Assembly: GCF_000010065.1 (NCBI RefSeq)
Contig: NC_006576.1
Location: forward strand, 150,001-182,000
Reading direction: 5' to 3'
Length of the DNA stretch: 32,000 bases
Source of the DNA: Synechococcus elongatus PCC 6301
Lineage (GTDB): Bacteria; Cyanobacteriota; Cyanobacteriia; Synechococcales; Synechococcaceae
The position numbers and the translations under genes are program-made. Every line of letters starts with the position of its first letter. The stretch's first letter is position 1. Positions 20,730 through 28,816 of this stretch are shown in pieces. The notes under the pieces are model-generated. The model did not search any database. It was not told the DNA's origin and saw only the letters and a program-made list of their open reading frames with translations.

Positions 20730-22952
20730 ATGCGTTTCCCCAACTTTCTACAGCGATCGCCCCAGTCCAACCTAGCTCCGAGTCAGGTTTCACCTGGAGC
20801 ATGGCTATTTTTAGCTATCAGCATCGCTGTTTTAGTTTTTGCCTTACTGAGTCTGAATTTAAGTTGGCTGCAAAATCTGCCAGGCTATCTGAATCCTCAA
20901 AACGTACGGGATCTACCAGAATCTCTGAGCTTCCCAGAGGATCCACGGCAGCTGTTTCAGCCCCTATTACTAGTAGCCGGTCTACTGCTGTCATTAAGGA
21001 TATTGCCTCACCATCCTATTAGTCATCTGCTAGTATTGTTAACCCTCTTGCTCTATGGGATTCGCTACTTCACGTGGCGTTTATTCGCTCTGAATAATGG
21101 ACATATTTTTAGTTTAACCTTAAGCATTATTTTTCTTTTGACGGAAAGCCTTTATGTCTTAAGCTTCTTGATGCAATTCTATCCAACTCTAGTGTTTGAT
21201 CCCAAGCGGCGATCGCGGCAGGCTGACCAGCAAGAAGCTTTACTCAGCAAGTTTTCGCCCAGTGTCGCCATTTGGATTCCGATTTACAACGAGCATCCAA
21301 GAATCATTCGGCGTACAATTCTTGCTTGCCAACTGATCGATTATGAGAATAAAGAAATTTATGTTCTCGATGATGGTCATCGATCTGAAATTCGAGCGAT
21401 CGCTACAGAATTAGGTGTCCATTACCTCAGTCGTCCAGATAATACCCATCGCAAGGCAGGCAATCTGAACTATGCTCTTAATCATACAAATAGTGACTTA
21501 ATTGCTGTATTTGATTGCGACTTCTTGCCATTCAATAATTTTCTAAAGCGGACCGTTGGTTTCTTTGCCAACGAAGAGATTGCACTTGTCCAAACTCCGC
21601 AGCACTACTACAACAGTGACTTCCATACTCGTAATTTAGGTCTAGATTATGTGTTGCCCAATGATATGGATTATTTCTTTCACTATATCCAGCCAATACG
21701 AGATCAATTTAACTCCGTCATCTGTTGTGGAACTTCATACGTCGCTCGTCGCTCAGCTCTGGAGGATGTGGGTGGCTACTACACTGATTGCATTGTTGAA
21801 GATTTCCAAACGGGCACTAAATTACTCCTTAATCATTGGCGAGTTGTTTACCTCAATGAAGTGCTCAGTATTGGTGAAGTCCCGCGTCACTTATCTGAAT
21901 ATTTGCAGCAGCGTCTTCGCTGGATGCAGGGAAATATTCAACTTTACTGCAGTCATAAACAGTTGCCCATTTGGTCTGGTCGACTCACCACTTGGCAACG
22001 TCTTTTCTATCTAAGTATATTGATCTACTGCCTCACACCATTCATGCGTGCAATTTATATCCTCTTGCCACTGCTGAGTTTTCTTTTTGGCTTCACATTG
22101 ATTGCTGCACCCCCAATTGAATATTTCTATTATGGATTGCCTTTTATATTATTGATTTATGGCGCTACAAGCTGGTTGACCTACAATCACTATTTTCTTT
22201 ACTGGACTGAGATTTATGAGTCAATTATGTGTTGGCCTAGCCTTCAACGAATCATACAAGTCTTATTTAACCCTTTTGGAAACTTTGGCTCCTTGGTAAC
22301 TGCCAAAGGAGAATTAGATGATCGCAAACGCTTTAACTTAAAAATTTCTTGGCCTTTCATTGCTTATTTAAGCTTATTTGGCTTAGGTTTCTGTCTGCGC
22401 TATGTAGCTCCGTTGCTCTCTCCTTATTTTGTGCGACCCTCCTTTGAAGGAGAAGCCTTAATGATGATCTGGAATTTCTATAATGCAATGCTAATGTCAA
22501 TTTGCTTATTTGCTTGTGTTGATCAACCTATCCGTCGTCGTTTTGAACGCTATCCTTACCAAGCTGTCGCTTGTCTTGAAGTCAACGGTCATAAGTTCTG
22601 GGGCATGACTCAAGATCTCTCTGAAGGAGGAGCTAGTTTTATCCTGCGTAATGAGCAAGAGCTCCAACTGATTGACGAGCAAGCTGAACTAGTTTTACTT
22701 CAAGAAGACTTGCGTATTCCTGTCAATGTCCTTCGTATGAGCCGTGAAGCGTTCAACGGTCATAGCCAAGTAGGCTTGGAATTTCAGCTCTCTGATACGG
22801 CTGCTGAAAAAACACTGATTCGCCTCCTATATGTGGACTCAAGCCTGTGGTGGCAGCAGATTCGCCGCTCCAGTGCGATCGATGCTTTTCTAGTGCTGAT
22901 TCGGTCCGCCCTCAATCCACGAGCGCTTTTAACGCGCTACAACAATGGTTAA
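20730..22952 (+). CDS. Cellulose synthase-type glycosyltransferase family 2 with C-terminal PilZ domain
   Basis: From ATG 20730: D,D,D,QxxRW motifs (VLDDGH, FDCDF, IVEDFQTG, QQRLRW), multiple TMs, PilZ motifs RRRFER ... DLSEGGASF. Confidence 0.93.
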   Translation: MRFPNFLQRSPQSNLAPSQVSPGAWLFLAISIAVLVFALLSLNLSWLQNLPGYLNPQNVRDLPESLSFPEDPRQLFQPLLLVAGLLLSLRILPHHPISHLLVLLTLLLYGIRYFTWRLFALNNGHIFSLTLSIIFLLTESLYVLSFLMQFYPTLVFDPKRRSRQADQQEALLSKFSPSVAIWIPIYNEHPRIIRRTILACQLIDYENKEIYVLDDGHRSEIRAIATELGVHYLSRPDNTHRKAGNLNYALNHTNSDLIAVFDCDFLPFNNFLKRTVGFFANEEIALVQTPQHYYNSDFHTRNLGLDYVLPNDMDYFFHYIQPIRDQFNSVICCGTSYVARRSALEDVGGYYTDCIVEDFQTGTKLLLNHWRVVYLNEVLSIGEVPRHLSEYLQQRLRWMQGNIQLYCSHKQLPIWSGRLTTWQRLFYLSILIYCLTPFMRAIYILLPLLSFLFGFTLIAAPPIEYFYYGLPFILLIYGATSWLTYNHYFLYWTEIYESIMCWPSLQRIIQVLFNPFGNFGSLVTAKGELDDRKRFNLKISWPFIAYLSLFGLGFCLRYVAPLLSPYFVRPSFEGEALMMIWNFYNAMLMSICLFACVDQPIRRRFERYPYQAVACLEVNGHKFWGMTQDLSEGGASFILRNEQELQLIDEQAELVLLQEDLRIPVNVLRMSREAFNGHSQVGLEFQLSDTAAEKTLIRLLYVDSSLWWQQIRRSSAIDAFLVLIRSALNPRALLTRYNNG

Positions 22953-23220
22953 GGCTGTAGCTTTCCCTACCGTTGCGATCGTAGCTGAGCCCCTAGTTCA
23001 AAAGGCAGTGCATCCAATTGCAGCAGTTACGTGCGTTCTATGGAGCCATCACAGTGACCCCTCTGATACCTAAGTTGGCAACCAGTATCAATGTTTGCTC
23101 CATTGAGTTGGCTGTATGCGAGGGATTGACTGGAAGTAGTCTTCGCTACAGGGATTTGCGATCTCCCTTGCTAAGGTAATGACCATCAAAACTTTATAAA
23201 AACCCCCTAGAGGCAGCAAT

Positions 23221-23255
23221 GCCCTGGTAGAGCTCTACCAGGGCGCTATTTTTTC
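23221..23255. terminator. Putative bidirectional terminator between convergent genes
   Basis: 24-nt perfect palindrome gccctggtagagctctaccagggc (23221-23244) followed by gctatttttt; the reverse strand also reaches a ggggttttt tract further on. Confidence 0.75.
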
Positions 23256-23279
23256 GCTAACTCAGACTTAAACTCAGCC

Positions 23280-24608
23280 TTAGCCAAAGAGCTTGCGGAA
23301 AAATCCCTTAATTTTGCGAAGCAACCGCCCAAAGAAACTGGGGCTAGGGGACTCACTGGCCAGCTGTAACGAACTTTGGCTTTGAACCTCTGCCGGCTTC
23401 AGCTTCTCAGCAACAGACTGCGAGGCAACGACTGCGGCTTCGAGCTTCTCTTGTGCCCCTTTGAGGCTGTCAGCTGCAGTTGAAACCGCCTCGGGCGCCT
23501 GCTCAAGCTGTTCACTGACCGTATTAGCAGTATCCTGGACGTCGCTCTGAGCGCTCTTTGTCAGATTGCCGAGTTCTTCTTGCCGAGCGTTGGTAAAAGT
23601 TGACAGCTTTTCCTGGGCACTAGCAGCAAACTCAGACGCATCTTCCTGGAGATTGCTGAGTTTTTCTGCCGCTGATTCGCCAAGTTCTCCGAAGCGATCG
23701 CTAACGGCTTCACCGAAACTGGCAGCTTTACCCTGAGTCGTTTCCACAATCTCGCTCAGTTTTTCCTGACTTGCCTCTGCAAAGTCACCAAACTTCTCCT
23801 TCGCTCCGGCTGCAAGCTCAGACGCACCTTCCTGGAGATTGCCGAGTTTTTCTGCCGCTGAGCCACGCAGCCCTTCGACGCGATCGCTCACAGCTTCACC
23901 GAAACTGGCAGCTTTACCCTGAGTCGTTTCCACAATCTCGCTCAGTTTTTCCTGACTTGCCTCTGCAAAGTCACCAAACTTCTCCTTCGCTCCGGCTGCA
24001 AGCTCAGACGCACCTTCCTGGAGATTGCCGAGTTTTTCTGCCGCTGAGCCACGCAGCCCTTCGACGCGATCGCTCACAGCTTCACCGAAACTGGCGGCTT
24101 TATCCTGAGTCGTTTCCGCAATCTCACTCAGTTTTTCCTGACTTGCTTCTGCAAAGTCACCAAATTTCTCCTTCGCTCCGGCTGCAAATCCTGCAGCGCC
24201 CTCTTGCAAGTTGCCGAAGCTTTCAGTTGCTGATTCGCCGAGTTCTCCGAAGCGATCGCTAACGGCTTCACCAAAACTGGCAGCCTTCCCCTGAGCGCTG
24301 GTCAATAACTGACCTAAGTCATCTTTATGCGCTTCGGCAAAGTTGCCAAACTTTTCCTTAGTCTCAGCCGCTAGTTCTGTAGCACTTTCCTGCAAGTTGC
24401 TCAGACCCTCGGTAGCGGCAGATCCAAGCTCAGTAGCCTTGTCGGTTACGGACTTAAAAATAGTGGTGAAGGGGTTGCCAGAATCATCAGCAGGATTAGG
24501 CTCAGCTGAAGCTTCCGGAGAAAGTTCAGCTAAAAGTCCATCCAACACCTCATCTGCTGGAGTTGAAGGCGTACTCTCTGGACTGTTGGGCGTTTTGTCG
24601 TTACTCAT
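23280..24608 (-). CDS. Tandem-repeat, helix-rich (LEA/apolipoprotein-like) protein with cationic C-terminal amphipathic segment
   Basis: From ATG 24608 (preceded by gagggaag SD-like): about 62-aa repeats of KAASFGEAVSDRVEGLRGSAAEKLGNLQEGASELAAGAKEKFGDFAEASQEKLSEIVETTQG; C-terminus SFFGRLLRKIKGFFRKLFG. Confidence 0.85.
   Translation of the reverse strand: MSNDKTPNSPESTPSTPADEVLDGLLAELSPEASAEPNPADDSGNPFTTIFKSVTDKATELGSAATEGLSNLQESATELAAETKEKFGNFAEAHKDDLGQLLTSAQGKAASFGEAVSDRFGELGESATESFGNLQEGAAGFAAGAKEKFGDFAEASQEKLSEIAETTQDKAASFGEAVSDRVEGLRGSAAEKLGNLQEGASELAAGAKEKFGDFAEASQEKLSEIVETTQGKAASFGEAVSDRVEGLRGSAAEKLGNLQEGASELAAGAKEKFGDFAEASQEKLSEIVETTQGKAASFGEAVSDRFGELGESAAEKLSNLQEDASEFAASAQEKLSTFTNARQEELGNLTKSAQSDVQDTANTVSEQLEQAPEAVSTAADSLKGAQEKLEAAVVASQSVAEKLKPAEVQSQSSLQLASESPSPSFFGRLLRKIKGFFRKLFG
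23575..24318. repeat. Array of 186-bp direct tandem repeats (about four units, outer ones diverged)
   Basis: ttttcctgac recurs at 23761, 23947 and 24133 (period exactly 186). 23761-23946 and 23947-24132 differ at only 4 positions by hand alignment. Confidence 0.9.
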
Positions 24609-24798
24609 GTAGCTTCCCTCTACAGAACACCGCGGCCCAGCGACAGGCATTGCTCAAATTTTGGCGATATTTCGCTGATCTGGCCACAATTGCAAAGTTT
24701 CATTGACGATCGCGGACCCATCGCAGTTCTGAAAGTGCGCTGGTCACAACCTCAGGGGTTAGCTAGCGTAGAGAGAACACGTCGGCGATCGCAACTGC

Positions 24799-25056
24799 AT
24801 GGAAGCCCTCTTTGTCGCCATTGCGATGATTCTGAGCTGGGTCTTAATTCTGATGACAGTTTGGAGTCTGCTTAGCGCAGCTCGCGATGCGATCCGTCAA
24901 GCACGACGCATGTACGCGATTCCCTGTCCACGCTGCCGGTTTTTCAGTAACAACACCCACCTCAAATGCTGTGTGCATCCTCACATTGCCATGACGGAGG
25001 CGGCGACTGACTGTCGCGATTTTGAGCCACTCACTAAGCCGATGCGCCTGTCTTAA
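24799..25056 (+). CDS. Small membrane protein with cysteine motif, unknown function
   Basis: 85 aa: N-terminal TM LFVAIAMILSWVLILMTVWSLL then IPCPRCRFFSNNTHLKCCVHPH. Confidence 0.7.
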   Translation: MEALFVAIAMILSWVLILMTVWSLLSAARDAIRQARRMYAIPCPRCRFFSNNTHLKCCVHPHIAMTEAATDCRDFEPLTKPMRLS

Positions 25057-25073
25057 TTCAGCGTGAACTCTTG

Positions 25074-25493
25074 CTAGGGAAGGGCTTCAGCAGGGCAATA
25101 GCGGCGCATGAGATCACTGACCCAAACAGGACGTTGTTGATCGGCCAAACTGATGGCCGTTCCCAAACCTGCTCGCGGCGTGCGTTGCTGCAGGAGATCA
25201 TCCACCTCATTGACACGTTCAAGCCCCAGAAAAGATTGGCGGGGATTCTGGCGATCGCACTCACCATAGATATCCACTAATAGATAACGACTACTGGTTT
25301 TCGGATCATCAATCCGAACCTGGCCCCGAATCAGGGTTTTGGTGGCGGTGGCAGCATCTAAGGTTGGTTCCGCCAGCAGAGCAACTCGGCGATCGGCATA
25401 GACCCCTAGTTCTAAATTGTTCGGAGCCGAAGTTTGGCGATTACAGGCGACCAGTACAACCGCTAACAACCCCACAGCGATCGCCTTAATCAC
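25074..25493 (-). CDS. Putative lipoprotein of unknown function
   Basis: 139 aa, leader MIKAIAVGLLAVVLVAC; GTG start overlaps the upstream gene's TGA by 4 nt (GTGA). Confidence 0.8.
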   Translation of the reverse strand: MIKAIAVGLLAVVLVACNRQTSAPNNLELGVYADRRVALLAEPTLDAATATKTLIRGQVRIDDPKTSSRYLLVDIYGECDRQNPRQSFLGLERVNEVDDLLQQRTPRAGLGTAISLADQQRPVWVSDLMRRYCPAEALP

Positions 25494-27322
25494 AGCTGAG
25501 GCTCCAGACCCAACCAGCGCTGGAAGCGATCGCGTTGTTCGGACGTGACTGTTGCAGCCGGTCGCAGGTTGTAGCTTTGCGGTTGCGGTTCCGCTAAGGT
25601 CAGTGAAAACGATTGGAGTTGATCGTCGTGGAAAATCGTCAGCTCTAACACCTGACCGGCTTGGTAAGTTGCCAGCCGCCGCGAGAAGTTATCGGCACTG
25701 ACCCGCAAACCGTTGAGCGCAACAATTTCATCGCCGATCATCAAGCCTGCTTGCTCAGCCGGACTATCACTCGCCACAAATTTGATTTGGCAGCGGCCCT
25801 GCTCATCAGCTAAGCGCAGCCCATGACTGGGGCGATCGCAGCCCTGGGGTAAAAGCTGCAGCCCTAGCGAATCCACTGCCGCTGCGATTGGTAATTCTTC
25901 CAGGCCATCCACATAGCGCTCGAAGAAGTCAGTCAGATCAACCCCAGCGACTTCACTAAAAATTTGCCGTAGTTCCGCTTCCTCGAACCCAATTTCTGGC
26001 CCTTGCCCGTGGCGCTGCCAGAGCAGACGCAACACATCATCAAAACTGCGATCGGGCTGGTGGTTACGAATCTCGAGATCGAGGAGCCAGCAGACCAGTT
26101 GCCCTTTCAAGTAGTAGGACATTTGCTGGTTATCGCTGTAGGCATCGCGGCGGTAGAGTTTCACCCAAGCATCAAAGCTCGACTCAGCCAACGGTTGCAC
26201 CTTGCGGCCAGGCGTCGTCAGATAGCGGCTCAGATCCTTACCCAGCGCTTCCAGAAAGCTATCCACCCCATAGAGACCGGCCCGCAGCGGCAGCAGCAGA
26301 TCGTAGTAGCTGGTTGCCCCTTCACTAAACCAGAGCGAGGGCGTGTAGTTTTCGGCTTCGTAGTCAAACTGTTCCAGCGCCTTGGGCCGTATCCGTTTGA
26401 CATTCCAGAGATGGAAAAACTCGTGAGCAACTAATTGCAGGAAGCGACGATAGCCCTCGGGTTCTGTGATTGCTTGGCGATCAAACGCCAGAACCGTGCT
26501 GTCGCGGTGCTCTAGGCCGCCGTAGCCACCACTGCTGAGATGGAGGATGAACCAATAGTGGTCGTAGGGCAGTCCGCCGAAGATGGCTGCTTCAGTTTCA
26601 ATGAGGCGTGCGGTATCCGCCAAGAGGCGATCGCTGTCGAGGTTGCCGCCCCAAGTCCGCCAGTAGTGTTTCTTGCCAAGAACCGTAAATTCCTGGGTTC
26701 CTTCTGGCCCAATTTCAAAGGGGCTATCCACCAAAGTGTCGAAGTCGGCCGCTCGGAAACAGTTGTGAGCGATTGCGGGTAGGGCTGTGGCGACGTTCCA
26801 GCCTTCCGGTGCCTTGATTTCGACTTGACAGGGGCGATCGCGCCAAGCGTCGATGTAGAGGCAGAGCGCTGCTGGCGTGAAGAAACCATGACTGCGATCG
26901 AGATGGTTCGTCCGAACAGTCAGCTCTGTGGCGAGAACCTGATAGCTGATGTAAATCTCAGAGTGTTCTTGCGTCTCAATCTGCCAAGCATTTTTGCGGA
27001 GTTTGCGCCACAGTAGTGGTTGTCCTGTTGCAGTTTGTGCCCGAAAGTTCTGGAGATGACGGGCGTATTCTCGCAGGAGATAGGAACCCGGCGTCCAAGC
27101 TGGCATCTGCACCGTCACTATCTCAGATTGCCAATCCGAGATTTGCAGCGTTACCTCAAATAAGTGATTGCTGGGATTTGGTAGCGCCACACGGTAGGTG
27201 AGGCCTGAAGCAGCGATCGCCAAGGAATCGGCAGCAGCGGGCGCGAGGGTCATCAGCCAAGGGGGAGGGAACTGCTTCCCATTGTGCAGCTGCAACCGCC
27301 AAGCCCGTCTGTCCTCTGGCAA
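25490..27322 (-). CDS. M61 family (glycyl aminopeptidase-like) metallopeptidase with PDZ domain
   Basis: 610 aa; zinc motif LVAHEFFHLWNVKRIRP, GGYGGLEHRDS, LWFSEGATSYY; C-terminal PDZ SPAEQAGLMIGDEIVALNG. Confidence 0.92.
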   Translation of the reverse strand: MPEDRRAWRLQLHNGKQFPPPWLMTLAPAAADSLAIAASGLTYRVALPNPSNHLFEVTLQISDWQSEIVTVQMPAWTPGSYLLREYARHLQNFRAQTATGQPLLWRKLRKNAWQIETQEHSEIYISYQVLATELTVRTNHLDRSHGFFTPAALCLYIDAWRDRPCQVEIKAPEGWNVATALPAIAHNCFRAADFDTLVDSPFEIGPEGTQEFTVLGKKHYWRTWGGNLDSDRLLADTARLIETEAAIFGGLPYDHYWFILHLSSGGYGGLEHRDSTVLAFDRQAITEPEGYRRFLQLVAHEFFHLWNVKRIRPKALEQFDYEAENYTPSLWFSEGATSYYDLLLPLRAGLYGVDSFLEALGKDLSRYLTTPGRKVQPLAESSFDAWVKLYRRDAYSDNQQMSYYLKGQLVCWLLDLEIRNHQPDRSFDDVLRLLWQRHGQGPEIGFEEAELRQIFSEVAGVDLTDFFERYVDGLEELPIAAAVDSLGLQLLPQGCDRPSHGLRLADEQGRCQIKFVASDSPAEQAGLMIGDEIVALNGLRVSADNFSRRLATYQAGQVLELTIFHDDQLQSFSLTLAEPQPQSYNLRPAATVTSEQRDRFQRWLGLEPQL

Positions 27323-27380
27323 CGAGGTTCCTCCCAGCCGCGTTGCAGAAGTGCGATCGCCGCCTTAAATGCCAGTGATT

Positions 27381-28295
27381 TCACAACCATGTTCGATAGA
27401 CATCGCTAGCGGCGCGTTGGCAAAGGGAATGACGGTAGACCAAAGCGTTGAAGTCTTCGCAATAGCCGCCACCTAGCACAGCAGCAACGGGATACCCTTG
27501 ACGCACACAGGTTTCCAGCACCTGCATTTCTCGGCGGAAGAGTCCAGTATCAGTCAGGGCAAGCTTGCCAAGGCGATCGCCCCCATGGGGATCAACACCA
27601 GCGTTGTAAATCACCAAGTTAGGGCGGACTTGACTGAGCAGATCCGGCAGGTACTGGGCGAGTTGTTGCAGATAGGCATCATCCTCCATGCCCTCAGGCA
27701 AGGGAACGTCACAGTCACTGTGCTGGTTGCGGGCCGGGAAGTTCGCCTCACAGTGCATTGAGAAGGTAAAGACTCTCGGGTCATCCTGGAAAATCCAGGC
27801 TGTGCCATCTCCTTGGTGAACGTCCAAATCGACGATCAAAATCCGTTCAACGAGCCGTTCTTGTAGCAATAGTCTGGCCGCGATCGCACAGTCGTTGAAG
27901 ATGCAGAAGCCCGATCCGTAGTCAGGGAAGGCGTGGTGGGTGCCACCGGCCAAATTACAGGCCAATCCCTGTTGCAAAGCTAGACGTGCCGTCAGAATCG
28001 TGCCGCCAACCGCAATCCAAGTTCGTTCAACTAGGGCAGGACTCCAGGGCAGGCCAATTCGGCGTAGCGATCGCTCGTCGAGCGTTCCTTGGCTATAAGC
28101 CTGAATGTAATCAAGGCTATGAACCGAGGTCAGCCATTCCAGTGGTGGGCGATCGGGCTGGTGAAACTGTTGAGGATAGACTACCCGTTCACGCAGTAGG
28201 CGATCGTGAAGAAGCCGAAACTTAGCCATCGGAAAGCGATGGGTCGATGGCAGTGGCGCAGAATAGCCTGGGTGATAGACCAACGGCAGGTCCAC
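27381..28295 (-). CDS. Histone deacetylase / acetoin utilisation (AcuC)-like family protein
   Basis: 304 aa; NLAGGTHHAFPDYGSGFCIFNDCAIAAR, ILIVDLDVHQGDGTA, FSMHCEANFP, NAGVDPHGGDRLGKL. Confidence 0.93.
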   Translation of the reverse strand: MDLPLVYHPGYSAPLPSTHRFPMAKFRLLHDRLLRERVVYPQQFHQPDRPPLEWLTSVHSLDYIQAYSQGTLDERSLRRIGLPWSPALVERTWIAVGGTILTARLALQQGLACNLAGGTHHAFPDYGSGFCIFNDCAIAARLLLQERLVERILIVDLDVHQGDGTAWIFQDDPRVFTFSMHCEANFPARNQHSDCDVPLPEGMEDDAYLQQLAQYLPDLLSQVRPNLVIYNAGVDPHGGDRLGKLALTDTGLFRREMQVLETCVRQGYPVAAVLGGGYCEDFNALVYRHSLCQRAASDVYRTWL

Positions 28296-28816
28296 AGCAA
28301 CCCTTTGAGAACAATGCTTTCTGAAGCTAGCAGGACTCCGAGTCGCGATCGTGGAACAGCCTCAGCCCCCATTGCCTTTGAGGATGACCAAAAAGCCTAA
28401 GAGATACCTAAGAATTCAGCAGAATTCCGATGAGACAGATAATCAACATCCCATAACCAGAACAGAATTAATAGGCAGTATTTTAACCAGAATCTACTTT
28501 TGACTTAATAATTCAGCTCAATTATTCATCAGCATGAATCAGCGATTGAGCATTTTTGCTCTTAACAAGAAATCCTACGGAGTTTTAACTATTTCATAAT
28601 CTATTCTCAATCTCCTGTAAACCCAAGCCGCCTACCTTGGTTTAGGTGACTCAGTAGTCAAACACTGGTTTAGTCGACTCACTCATGTTTGCGTTAGTGG
28701 TTTGACCAGCCTTCACTGCTGATTTTTGACAATGATGCCTGATGCAAACTTAGCCTTGTCTAAGTAGTCTTCATCTTGCCAGAAGTGCCGATTGATATTC
28801 TTCAGTAATCAAGACG

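Noticed and set aside
23771-24262. Plus-strand 163-aa ORF with internal repeats (MPLQSHQTSPSLRL...)
   Set aside because: It is the antisense shadow of the minus-strand 186-bp repeat array; the minus-strand reading has a better start, an SD and plausible composition.
23575-24318. CRISPR-like array interpretation of the repeats
   Set aside because: Repeats are contiguous 186-bp coding units without spacers and preserve the reading frame.
28561-28591. Possible Pho box (CTTAACAA ... TTTAACTA) upstream of the phosphoesterase
   Set aside because: Spacing is 23 bp rather than a clean 11-bp periodicity and there is no middle repeat, so it is too weak to call.
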